A stretch of 64,000 nt of DNA from the human T2T-CHM13v2.0 reference genome, Homo sapiens: assembly GCF_009914755.1 (NCBI RefSeq), contig NC_060932.1. One strand, written 5' to 3'. The notes beneath the pieces were generated by a model. That model was not told the DNA's origin. It ran no database searches and saw only the letters and a program-made list of their open reading frames with translations. A program made the position numbers and the translations under genes. Positions 28,049 through 40,844 of this stretch are shown here, piece by piece (positions within the stretch are counted from its first letter, which is position 1; the number at the start of each line of letters is the position of its first letter).

Positions 28049-28365
28049 TAATGCTATCCCTCCCCCCTCCCGCCACCCCACAACAGGCCCCGGTGTGTGA
28101 TGTTCCCCTTCCTGTGTCCATGTGTTCTCATTGTTCATTCCCCACCTATGAGTGAGAACATGCGGCGTTTGGCTTTTTGTCCTTGCGATAGTTTGCTGAG
28201 AATGATGGTTTCTAGGAGATATACCTAATGCTAAATGACGAGTTAATGGGTGCAGCACACCAACATGGCACATGGCCTGCTGGAATTGTAGTCCAATTCC
28301 ATCAGGGTACGTTGTGCACATGTACCCAAAAACTTAAAGTATAAACAAAAAAAAGAAAAAAAAGT
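28049..28365 (+). mobile_element. Short L1PA4-like 3' end with 5' inversion
   Basis: TSD AAATAATGAGTGCCC (28034-28048, 28366-28380); antisense 3' UTR at about 28047-28212, then sense taggagatatacctaatgctaaatgacgagttaatggg...cttaaagtataa and poly-A. Confidence 0.92.
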
Positions 28366-28879
28366 AAATAATGAGTGCCCAAGTCTGAACTGCTTGCTTT
28401 CTAAGCAGTTTGTGTGTCCCTGTCACAATTGATCTCAACCTTAGAGATCACTAGGAAAAAATATCCCTGCCCCAGAACACAGACTCACACTAGACATAGC
28501 CCCACATCTAGTAACCCTAAATCAGGCCACCCTTTGCTCAGATTACCATATTTCCTTTCTCTAGGTCCTTTAGAATACCCATTTATTTTGATAATAGAGA
28601 ATTGTACACATTGAGGTTTATAATTTTTGACACTATTTCTATGCAAAGGACATATATAAGAAAACTAAAACTATTCACTTAAAGATCCTGGGTATAAAAC
28701 TGAAAAATGTTGGCGTACTGGTTTGTCATCTCAGCCACCTTGACAATCTTGCAGTCACATTATGCTTAGATGTCTGTTTAATAAGTGAATTGATTATTCG
28801 CTGCAAAATTATTGGTCTTTATATTAGAATTCTTTGCTTGTAGGTGCCTCAAATTTGACATGTTGACATGTCTAAACAT

Positions 28880-29178
28880 CAGAAATCACAAATTGGCTGC
28901 TCACAGGACTCATGCAACTTGCAGTTATGTTTCTGTGGCCTGTATACTTTGAATTAATAGCTAAGATATAAAAATAGAATGATAGCTTTAAAAATTAGAT
29001 TTCTAGCTTCACTTGAAAAATCATCAGAGCTGGCATCACAAGGCTCATGTTGCTTCTGCCAATAATCAGCCGATGGTAAGTGGTAACTGTTTTCTTTCTA
29101 TTCAGCCAGTGGCTAATCTGCTTTACTTTTATTTTATATAACCTCCTTGGTCCCAAAGGGCATTAGGTCTGGGACAAT
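28880..29178 (+). mobile_element. MER102-like hAT-Charlie
   Basis: ttgaattaatagctaagatataaaaat...gatttctagcttcacttgaaaaatc...gagctggcatcac. Confidence 0.6.
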
Positions 29179-29584
29179 TAATAAATTTTACATCTCAAAT
29201 ATTCAGCTGATTGAATGATGAGTAGTAATGGGGCATATGTTATAATTGGCACATCTATCGAAATATAGGGGAACAATTGAAACCATCAAGAGAGCTACTC
29301 AATGTACGATCACCCAGGAGTAATAGGAGAGCTATTTCATGATAATTCATTTGTCAGCCCGAATACATGGCTAGGATTGGGAAGGGAAATAAAGAAACAT
29401 CTGAGCAGCCTAAAGATATGGCATAAAATTCACACACTAGAACTCATGCACTTTACTCAAGGGTGAGTACCTTAAACCCTCATTCAACACCCATTTATTA
29501 TTTAGATTATGCAAGTAGAAAGCTTAGAAAGAACAATGAAGATTTCACAAATAATCCCTAATCCTGTCACACAGAATACTGTTT

Positions 29585-31238
29585 TCTTTGTTTTATATTA
29601 ATTTTTATTTTTATGGGTATATAATAGGTGTGTGTATATATATATATATTTATGGGGTACATGAGATATTTTGACACAGGCACACAATGCATAATAGACA
29701 CATCATGGAAAATGTGGTATCCATTCCCTCAAGCATTTACCCATTGTGCTACAAACAATCCAATTATACTCTTTAGTTATTTTTTCAATGTACAATTAAA
29801 TTATTATCAACTATAGTCACCCTGTTGTGCTATCAAATTCTAGGTCTTATTCATTCTTTCTATTTTTTTTTTTGGTACCCATTAACCACCCATATGCTAC
29901 CCCAAACTCCCAGTACCCTTCCCAGCCTCATAACCGTCCTTCTACTCTCTACCTCTATGAGTGCATTTGACTTGATTCTTAGGTCCCACAAACAAGTGAG
30001 AACATGTGAAGTTTGTCTCTCTGTGCCTGCCTTATTTCACTTAACATAATGATCTCCAGTTTCATCATGTTGTTGCAAATGACAGAATCTCATTCTACCC
30101 CGTTGTGTATAAGTACCACATTTTCTTTATCCATTCATCTGTTGATGGACACTCAGGTTGCTTCCAAATCTTGGTGTTGTGAACAGTGCAGCAATAAACA
30201 TGGGAGTGCAGAGATCTCTTTGATATTCTGATTTCCTTTCTTTTGGGTACATACCCAGTAGTGGGATTGCTGGGTTTTGTGGTAGCTCTATTTTTAGTTT
30301 ATGGAGGAAACTGCTCCAAACTGCTCTTCACAGTGGTTGTACTAATTTTCATTTCCACCAACAATGTACAAGGGTTCCCTTTCTCCACATCCTCACCAAA
30401 ATGTATTATTGCCTGTCTTTTGGATAAAAGCCATTTTAACCGGGCTGAGATAATACGTCATTGTAATTTTGATTTACATTTTTCTGATGATCAGTGATGT
30501 TAAGCATCTCTTCATATGCCTGCTTGCCATTTGTATGTCTTCTTTTAAGAAATGTCTAGTCAGGTCTTTAATCCATTTTAATTGGTTTATTAGATTTTTC
30601 CTTTGGAGTTGTTTGAGCTCCTTATATATTCTAGTTATTAATCTCTTGTCATATGGTTAGTTTGCATATACTTTCTCCCATTCTGTGGGTTGTCTCTTCA
30701 ACTTGGTTGATTGTTTCCTTTGCTGTGCAGAAGCTTTTTAACTTGATGTGATCCCATTTGTCCGTTTCTGCATTGGTTGCCTGTGCTTGTGGGATATTAT
30801 TCAAGAAATCTTCGCCCAGATCAATGTCCTGGAGAGCTTCCCCAATGTTTTTTTGCATCATTTTCATAGTTTGAAGTCTTAGATTTAAGTCTTTAATCCA
30901 TTTTGATTTGATTTTTGTATATGGCAACATATAGGGGTCTAGTTTCATTCTTCTGCATATGGATATTGTTTTCCTAGCACCATTTATTGAAGAGGCCTTT
31001 TCTCTCAAAGCTAGGCCAAATAAGCAATAATATATACATATATGGTATTTCACCTCAGCAAACTCATTTTCAACAAAGATGCCAAGAACATACAATTGGC
31101 ATCTTTGTTGAAAATGAGTTCACCATAGATGTGTGGATTTGTTTCTGAGTTCCACTATTCTGTTCCATTGGTCTGTGTGTCTGTTTTTATACCAGTACAA
31201 TGCTGTTTTCGTTACTATAGATCTGTAGCATAATTTTG
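29585..31238 (-). mobile_element. L1MA1/2-like LINE 3' end
   Basis: Antisense L1MA 3' UTR (tttatggggtacatgagatattttga...caaacaatccaattatactc) and ORF2 C-terminus (KLDPY..YTKIKSKWIKDLN); TSD GAATACTGTTT at 29574-29584 and 31239-31249. Confidence 0.88.
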
Positions 31239-31259
31239 GAATACTGTTTATAGTATTTT

Positions 31260-32500
31260 TAAAAATAACATTGGTACTATGTTGTATACATACATATATG
31301 TAGTACAGATCATCTTTTATAAAATCTCTTTGTCATTAATGCATCTTAATTTTCCCCATGTTATTACATTTTCTTTTACATGGTTTTTAATATCTGTAAT
31401 ATTCTACCGTAAACATATATCACTGTTTATTTGACCTAGCTTTTTAGAATTTTTAGTATTAAAATTATTTAATCAACATCATTGCTGACGAATTTTCCCT
31501 CAGTACCCATATTATTTTCTTAGTGTAATGCCTGATTATAAATACTTAGTATAAAATACTTTGGAAAGTGGATTACTGGTTCATATAATACTTCTTCAAA
31601 TATATCAGTTTATATTCCTATCAACACTATATGTGAATTACCATTGTCCTAAGAACTACCTTCCCCAAACTGGATATTATCATTTGGATTTCAGGCATAG
31701 AAATTTAAAAAAAAAAGACAGAAAACAATAAAGAAGAAACTAAAACCAACTAAAACTATGATGGGGGAGACATATTAGAGAAAACAGCCTTATAGTCCTC
31801 AATAGCTCCTGAAATCATCCCTGGGTACTATGCAATAATGAATATTCATAACAATGGCCATGAGTCATCAAGTAAAGGTTAATTCATGCTCAAATAACTT
31901 GGCTTCAAAAGTATACATTGCTAGTGGATTGTATTCACTATTTTGTATTCACTATATTGTAACCTTGTATAACCCTTTAGAAAAATAATTCCGGAATATA
32001 CCTGGAGCCTTAAAATATTATACCTTTTGACTCTATAATTTCACTTTTTGGACTCTATGTTAAAATAAGTAATTCTTATACAAAAAAAAAGGACCAGTGT
32101 ACCTTAATGTTTACCAATATATTACTCATACTAGCAATAAAATAAAATGAAGCATGAAATTAAATATCCAATGAAAATTGAATACTTGTAGAAATTATGG
32201 TAAGTCTACCTACAAGCTGTGATAAACAGCCATTATGATAATATTTATTAATAACTTATAATAACTTTAAAAATACTTATACAAAACTGTGCAAACAATA
32301 TATTCATAGCTGTGTAAAATGTTACATGCAAAGAAATAGGCTAGAAAAAAATGCATTAAAATATGTAAAATATTAGCAACCATCAATCATCTTTGAATGT
32401 TGGAATGATAGATGATTGTCTTCCTTTTATTTTTCTGTCTGTGTTTCAAATTTTCCATAATGATAATATTTTATTTTTATCATAAAAAGAACCATAAACA
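31260..32500. mobile_element. Highly decayed L1M(E) fragments in both orientations
   Basis: gaaagtggattactggttcata on the minus strand, and ataccttttgactctataatttcactttt...aatgtttacc on the plus strand. Confidence 0.45.
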
Positions 32501-32784
32501 CTTATTTTTAAGTACTTCCTTTAACAAAATTTAGATAAGTATCCCAACTCTTACACAAAGTTTCGTTTTTAAACATTTAAGTTAATTAATGTGTTTACAT
32601 GCTAAGTTTCAATCATCTGAAGAAATCCTCATCCAAAACTCAACATGATATTCACCATGATAACAGACAAATTTGACATTATTGCATATGAAATATTTCT
32701 AAATTCTACCTGCCTTACTGTATAGACTAGAAGGTATTCTGATAGCATTAACAATAAGTATGATGATTTTTTGAGTATCTATAT

Positions 32785-33240
32785 ATGTATCAATTATCGA
32801 TTACTATGATAATGCTACATTATGAAGGACCACAAGAACTTATTAGCAAACTAATGAATGTGTATTAAGTTCATGAGTCTGTGGGTCAGAAATTTAGGCT
32901 GGACTTGGCTGGGAACCTCTGCTACTGGATGAGCTTGCCCACGTCTCTAATAGTGAGTGTCATGTTCTATCATAACTAGGTAGATTGTAGCTTTTTCTCA
33001 TGTCTCATTCTCCAGCAGACTACCTGGTCATGTGGCCACGTTCTCATGGTGATGTCAGAGGGAAGAGTGCCAGCAGAAGTACTCTGCTTAGATCACATCT
33101 TCTATCATCCCCTTGTCCAAAGTAAGTCATGTGATCAAACCCTGAGCCAGAAGTGAGGAGACATTCCAGTTATACAGTAATGGGTGTAGCTACAGGCAGC
33201 ATGGCAGATTTGGCCATTAATGTAATCAATCTTCCACCAT
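32785..33240 (-). mobile_element. MLT1 (J/K-like) LTR
   Basis: catgagtctgtgggtcag...ctggacttggctggg...ccaaagtaagtcatgtgatcaaaccc. Confidence 0.6.
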
Positions 33241-34209
33241 ATTGAAAACATTTTTAGTTTTCTCTATTTTTAGATGCTATTCTTGGTTCCTGATCTGGTG
33301 TTGCCATCAACATGCTAATTGTTCCTGTACACTTGCAAACTCATTAAACCTGAGAAAGACAGCAAGTCTGATTCTTCTGCCTAACTTCAGACTGTAGGGA
33401 CAAACCAAAAAAAAAAAAAAAAAAAAACTATTGTATCCAAATAGAAAAACCTTATGAAAAAAAAGCATCTATTGGGTTGCAGCTGGACAAATTTGATATA
33501 GCTGGAGAAAATTTCTCTTGGCCTTGGCTGACATGTATCCATTTCAGAACCAAAAATTGAAAAGAGCATCTGGTATTTTATAACAAGTCTTTGTTATGGT
33601 TTATTTTTAAGCTTGAATTTTATCATCCAACACAAAGTTAATTTCATACAAAACTGATTCCATGAGAGCATCAGGATTGATAAATGCTCATTGAGTAACT
33701 GAATGCTGGATTTAATCAATTGATATTTGAATTATGTGCTACAACAAATTAATAGTTGAGATCTCTCTGCTGTCTAATTCATCCTGACAGAAATAGACCA
33801 GATATATGTTTCCATTTCTTCCCAACACAGAGAAATTTTTGTTATAAACAGACAGAAGTTTTTAAAAAAGGATATCAGCTATTCTACTTACAAATGTATG
33901 TCTGATCTGGGATGTTTTACTAAAACAATAAGTTTGAGGAGAATATTAGGTGAGGAAACTCAGTGGACAAAAAGTAGAAAGCTGGTTTCGGCAGAAGGGA
34001 ACACATCTATTCTCCTTCTTTAATTACCCGTTGAGATAATAAGATAATTATTCATTAGAATTAGGAGATACACATTCATATACTTTGTTTCATCACTAAA
34101 AGTGAAGATATTCCTTAAATCATTTTGACCCTTATTATGTGACTGAGACAGAATTGATGTATAACAACATTATAAAGTTATTTGTACATTATTAATGTAA
34201 AATTATTGT

Positions 34210-34572
34210 TGTATTATAAAAAGGCATGAAGTATTAATACATGCTACAAAGAAGATAAACCGTGAAAACATTATGTTAAGTAAACCAGCCACAAAATACC
34301 ATGTGTTGTATGATTCTATTCCTAAGAAATATCCAAATCTCTGGCCAAACTACAGAGACAGAAGGACTGGGAGTTCCCTGAGGCTGGGATGGTGTAGGGA
34401 TGGGGGATGACTGCTAATGCATGTGTGTTTCTTTGGGGGAGTTTGAGGTGTTCTAAATTAGATTGTGGTGGTGTTTGCGCAACCCTGTGAATATACTAAA
34501 AGTCACTGAGCTGTACATTTTGAACAGGGGAATTTTATGTTATGTGAAATTATGTTGATTAAGTTGTAAAGA
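34210..34572 (+). mobile_element. L1MB 3' end
   Basis: gaagtattaatacatgctaca...gactgctaatg...gattgtggtggtgtttgcgcaaccctgtgaatatactaaaa. Confidence 0.8.
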
Positions 34573-35389
34573 AATGTATAGTTAAAAATCTGGCAGCAAC
34601 GGTTAGAGAAATGGCAAGCATTATGAAGAATATTGGAAGCAAAGGAAATATATCTTAATCATTAAATTGTTTAAAATTAATTGGAATTCTTACTAAAATT
34701 ATATAAATAATTCAAAAGGATTATAATATCACTTAGATTTAAGTGAACTAAGAATCATTTTCATCATTACTGTAACAACAATAAAACACATAGGAACACA
34801 TGAGAGTTCCCTATTGAGTTTAAGGAAGGCAAACAATGAGGAAAAAAAGGAAAGTGGAAGATCATAGAAATATAATGCAGAGACAGAAATAAATTCCAGG
34901 GAAGGAAATGAAGGGATTCGAAAATAAGAGAAAAGATCAAATAAATGTGGAAAGAGGTCTCAGGAAAATGATGAGTTCTACTTCAGGATTCAGGTTTCTG
35001 TGAATGTTAGCTGCTGATTAGGGACAGATAAGACATGGTTCCCTTCCAAGTTGAATTATTGCAGCATAGCATCTCATTTTCTTTTAAACGTTTTTACTGA
35101 CAGAACCATGCGTGCCTATATTCACAACATATTTGTGACACAAATATGAAAAACATACTTAATTTCCACAGCACCATCGCCCTCTCTAAATAAGTGGGAC
35201 TTGATCAAATCATGCATCTATAGACCTACGGAACACAATTAGCTCAGGAAGATCTTAGAAAGGGTAGCAAATTTATAGTTCTCAAAGTGTAGATTTGTTT
35301 ATCTATACTTTATTATTTAACTTTCCTTCAAGGTTCTCCTGTCTTTGTGATTCTCTAAGACAACTTAAATGCTTTAAGAGTCAATAAGG

Positions 35390-35736
35390 GGCCAGGTGTG
35401 GTGGCTCATGCCTGTAGTCCCAGCACTTTGGGAAGCCGAGGTGGGGTGGATCACTTGAGGTTGGGAGTTCCAGACCATCCTGGCCAACATGGTGAAACGC
35501 TGTCTCTAAAAATAAAAAATAAAAAAAATTAGCTGGGAGTGGTGGCAGATGCCTGTAATCCCAGCTACTTGGGAGGCTGCGGCAGGAGAGTCACTTCAAC
35601 ATGGGAGGCTGAAGTAGGAGAGTCGCTTGAACCCAGGAGGTGGAGGTTGTAGTGAGCCTGGATCGTGCTACTGCACTGCAGCCTGGGTGACAGAGCAAGA
35701 CCCCATCTCAAAAAACAAACAAACAGCAACAATAAA
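35390..35736 (+). mobile_element. AluS SINE with internal ~32-bp duplication
   Basis: Full Alu; TSD AAGAGTCAATA(A/C)GG at 35376-35389 and 35737-35750. Confidence 0.92.
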
Positions 35737-38544
35737 AAGAGTCAATACGGGTGCTCACATGCCTGATTATAGCAAGCCATACCACCAGCATAGACATTGA
35801 TCTCCAAAACCAAAAAGCAGCATTACAGACAGCTCCCTCTCAGGATCTGCTTCAGTTAGTCTTAGGACTCTCAAAGATTCTGGAATATGAATCGATCTAT
35901 ATCACATATCCCAATCGCTTTTGTTGAAATCACATGCCCTTGTCACACACAACATTCATATTGAATTACTTATTTCTTCTCTGTCAAGCAACAGCTTAAC
36001 CTTGGATTGACTTCTTAGCTTACAAGCTACGCAAAGTTATTATGTGACTGAAAAAAAGCTAAAGTGTGTTTGAGGAAAGCAGACAAGAAAGGCCACATAG
36101 TTCAATCAGAGTCAAAGATACCAAATGACAGTTCATCGTTTATATTGCCCAAGGTGAAACTTCACAACCGTAGTCATCCTTCAGTGTTCCGAGCTTCAGA
36201 ATGTGTTTTTAAAAAACAAAATAATGTCAAGTTAAAGATTAGATATTTAAAATACATTTTATGAGCATTTGGTAACAGCGACAAATCAATCCAATAACGT
36301 TTTGTGCTTGTTTGAGGCATTTTGAGTGCTCTACACCACAAAGAAGGACTAAGGTTGGTGTGGGTAGTGGTTACACAAGCTAGGTTGTTTATTCTGGAAA
36401 GTTCTTAGACACAAAGTGAGCCCAATCTTTTGGTATTTGCACTGTTTGCCCTGTTAGTGCTTCTTCCTACTTTTTCTACTCTTGGGATGGCCTATTTCCA
36501 GATGCAATTTGATCAGTTTGGGGAATATTCTTATCTTGCTTCTTTATTGCCAGAAGATAAGAGGGTTTTTTTCAATCACCATATTGCCTCATTTAAAAAA
36601 TAATAACAGTTATGTGTTGATGTTTAATGGTAAGAAGCAGTGGCAAACATTCAATTGCTAACATACAATAAACGGAAGAGGCAAACTCAGTAGTGAAGTT
36701 ACATAACCATTCAAATTAATTTCTTCTTACTTTACAGAGTATAAGATTCCAATTGGATGCAGTTAGACAGCAAATCTTTATTGCATCTAACCAAATATGT
36801 TTATGTTATTGAGATGCTCTGGAGTGAGACTATCTGAAATACAGGACAACAGAAATGTGCTAGAAATACACCATTTAGGCTCTGGGAAAAAAAATCTATG
36901 AAATTTACATTACATGGCTTTATTTATGTAAAACATAAACCTAAACACTCATTAGAAAGTTAAGCGTGGCTTTAGAAGGTAGTATTACTAAACTGTGGTA
37001 GGGACAAAGAAAAATAAAAATAAATTTCAAACAAAATAACAAATGAAAAAAAATCAAAATTTAGATATAGATGAGATAAAAAGAAAACATTGTCAGAGTT
37101 ATAGTAAAAAGAGTCACTAAAAATGTCAAGACATTTTGGAGATAAATGGAGTTACTAACAAAAAGCCTTTCAAATAGCATTGGTGCAGAATTTTAGAAAT
37201 GAGCAGAAAAAAACTGGAAATCATAGAAAAGATAAGTAAAAAACTGTTCTCACATTGGGAGAGATACACAAAAAGAGAACTTGTAAATTGTATCATATTA
37301 TTTCAAATCATTTCTAGATTAGGCAGGATATAAGCAATCAGTAATTAATTAGGATATTTTCTGAAATGAGCTGTCTCTTACTTAGATGCTTGATTAAATT
37401 AGTATTTTTAGAAGCGATGTTGGAGAAAATGGCTATTTTAGATTATTATAAGAAGAAACATATTTATTGAAAATATAACCCTGGAATTATTTTTATAGTT
37501 ATAATGCAAGTAAACCCAGGAAAAATATATTAAAAGGCAAATAATATATTATTTGTACTATATATCATAGTTTATATGATATATTATACAATAATATATA
37601 CTTTTACATATAACTTTTACTTGGATAACATTTCACTACAATTTCAATTTTTTAAAATGACAATATGACAAGAATCTAGCTATTTTAAATTTAGAAGTAA
37701 ATCTTGGATCTAAAACCAACTTTTAAAAATTCAGATGGAAAAGCAGCTACCAGCCCAGCTACCTGAGGTATCTGCCAAGAAGCCAGGTGCTTTGTGGGAA
37801 TCTCTTCCATAGCTTAGCATCTGGGTTTTCTAAGTTGTTACCAAGGGAGGAAAATGGAAAAAATCTACCACAGTGTATAGTGCTGAGGTTACTGGCCTCT
37901 TCAGAACAATAATATGAAAATGTTTTCTTTTCAACAATGAGACTCACAAAATGGGAATAGAAATCCAAAGGTAACAAAATACTGTATTCTCTAAAATGTC
38001 TTTTCTGCATTATTTTTAATTTATGTTAAGACTGTATTAGCTTCAGAGTGTTTATCTATGTCCCCAAGAGAGGATTAGCTGGGAACATTCTTTGAGATAA
38101 ACTAAAAGAACTATTTGGTGCTGGCACTGTTAAATTTTTCTGATGTGCAGGTGTTTGTAGTATTTGTACAGTTGACTGATTGGTTTTCATCCAGGTAAAT
38201 CCACAGAGAATAAGGTTTATCATTTGAGGATAGAGAGGTGCAGAGGCTATTGCAGAATACAGTGAAAACCTGCCACTAGCCACTTCCATGCTATTTTCTA
38301 AAGCGTTTCATGTTCTGACTTGGAGAATATAAGCAAGACTTCATTTCACTGAATGTTTCTTACTGATGTTTGCTGAATCACATGCATCTTACTTTTTCCC
38401 AAAGTCTTTTATGATCCACTCTGTATTCCTAACTCTTCATTAGTATTACAAAGTGAGAATTTATGTTGTTACAAAATAATAAAATATATGAAATAGCTTG
38501 TTATTTTTGGATACGCTTTACAACAGTTATGGAAAAAGAGTTCA

Positions 38545-38700
38545 TACATTTACTCAATTGTTCCATCAACAAAATTTTATGAAGTCTCTGAAATTTTCCA
38601 GGCAATGTGCTGGGTGCAGGAGATAGAAGAGTGATCAAAACAGAAATGATCTCTGCCTTCATGAAGTTTATGGTTCAATGGAGAGGCAGAAAAACTGGGT
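38545..38700 (-). mobile_element. L2 fragment
   Basis: ccaggcaatgtgctgggtgcaggagatag...tctctgccttcatgaagtttatggttc. Confidence 0.65.
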
Positions 38701-38859
38701 ATCACACTGGAATTTTAACTACTAAATGCTGCATTTCACAGGCTGTATTAGATCACAAGCGGAATTAATAAATGATTTAGCCATATTTTGATGCTAAGTG
38801 GAGAGTATAAGACTAAAATTTATTGAGCTCATACCACATGCCAGCCTCAGAATTGCATG

Positions 38860-39275
38860 ATGACTAGGCTATGATTAATTTAGCCATTCTGTTAATGGAC
38901 AACATTTTTTCTAATTTCTTCCTATAACAAATGATGTTACAAAGAATATTCTTATATCATTGTTATACTTGTTTCTCTGTGCAAATATACAAGTGCACAT
39001 ACACAAGGAGTTTTCTAAGACACATCCACAGGAATGGAATTGCTTGGCATTACAGTATGAACATCTTCTAATTTACTACATATTGCCAAATCATTCTCCA
39101 AAATGCTTGTACCAACTTATACTTCCACCAACAACACAGAAGAGTCATATTAATTTGTGCCCACACTTCATATTGCAAGACTTAAATTCTGCCAATCTTA
39201 TGAGTTTAAAATGTATGTAATTGTTGTTTTGATTTTCATTTTCCTGATGACTAATGAATAAAGCATCTCTTAATA
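38860..39275 (-). mobile_element. Old L1M(E) fragment
   Basis: ggaatggaattgct...attgccaaatcattctccaaaatgcttgtaccaacttatacttccacca. Confidence 0.7.
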
Positions 39276-39814
39276 AAAACATAAGTGATTCAGCCAGTTT
39301 CCTCACCCTTAAGACCATTCATCCACAGTGAAAACCATGGTGTTGGAGATTGGAAATGGCGTTGTTGGAAGGTTCCTTTAAATGATGTTATGCAATGAGT
39401 CCCCCAGACCAAAAAAAAAAAAAAAGTGAGCATTTGAGTGTGGCTGCCCCTTATCTTAGTTCTTCAGATACAATGAGCTGATGTCTAACTACAACCTAGA
39501 AAACCAAATTGCAGAAACAGGCCAGCCAGCTGTTTCTATAACAGAATAAAGAAGAGTTGATTCTGTATTTGGATTGGTCTGTTCTCCCAGAATTTGTCCA
39601 GCAAAGGAAACTGAGACTGCAGTGCACCAGATGCACGCAGAAGGTGGGAGAACTGGCCTGGAGCTGTTTTAAATTCTACCTTAAAGGACAATCTAGAAGG
39701 CTGACAGGAACCCAAAGGTATATTTTATGTGCTGCAGAAAAAGTAGGAGGAGCTAAAGTATGTGTGACTAGCAAAAGAAAAATGAATCTCCTATGTCACA
39801 GGAAGTGCAAGTTT

Positions 39815-40040
39815 GTGACTAGGTGATGTGAATAAAATACTCACCTCAGGCACAAAATTTAAGGAGCACAAAAAAGCAAAAATTCAGTAACCAAGATAGT
39901 AAAATTTTAATGCACTATTTCAAAAAAAGTCAGAATTAATGCCAAAGAATTTATGATGAACAAAATATTATTTCTTTAAGACAGTTCTCAACCCTGGACT
40001 TACATATCCCTGCCTCACTTTCCTCACCCTAATCCTGACT
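39815..40040. mobile_element. hAT MITE (MER53-like)
   Basis: ctcacctcaggcacaaaatttaagg...tttaatgcactattt...atgatgaacaaaatatt, with degenerate inverted ends (gactaggtga / cctcaccctaatcc). Confidence 0.5.
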
Positions 40041-40844
40041 TTTCAGGGAATGTTCCTAGAGGAAGACCCTGAAAAATAAAAAAAATAAAAAAAATAAAGA
40101 GCCCAAGAAAGAGTCCGCTTTAAGCCTCTTGCAGGCCCAGAAACCATGAAGTTCTCTTATCCCAGTACCAGCCAGTGAAGACTACACTGCTGCCTTGTCT
40201 TTCATCCTTCCTCCCTTCCCAGCACAATCATCAGCCTCATTTCTGTTAGGGTCAGGAGCCACAGCAGGTAGGTGAAGGAGAGGCATGAGGGCTGTGTGTA
40301 AGGAGAGCTGACGGTACCAAGTTGAATCTGTGTTTTGTGCCTTAACATGATCATCACAGGTCCTTTTTATCATTTAAGAGATATGGATTCTGTCAAATTT
40401 TTTGTCCAGAAGCAAGAAAAAATTAACAAATCAAAGGGACAGTGGAAACAAGATGCTTTCTGTAGGTTCAGTGTACCAGTTACACAAGAAAGTAAATGTA
40501 TACTTACAAATTGAGACACATGTTCTGCAGAAACTATAGCCTCTCTGCTTTAGATAGGGTGGTCAGAGAAATAGCTCTGGGCATCTCAGAAGAGAGGAGG
40601 GAGTGCCAAGCAGCCCAAGAGTTGGTGGCACAGACAAAAACCTAAGAAAAGTCCCTGCAGCAGCAGGAAGTGTGGCTCCTTCTGAATCTGAAAGGCCAGA
40701 CTCACTAGACCGTACCACTGGCGGTATCAGACAGAAAAGGGGAGCTAGGACCAGATCTGGTGGGCTAAGGCAAGGACTTTGGATTATTTTCTAAGTTTTA
40801 TAAAGATTCATTCAAGGGTTTTGAGGATCGGATTGGCATGGCCT

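Noticed and set aside
28275-28294. ZNF143-like motif (GGACTACAATTCCAGCAGGC on the minus strand)
   Set aside because: It lacks one C of the ACTACAnnTCCCA core and is fully explained as a copy of HERV-L 26471-26490.
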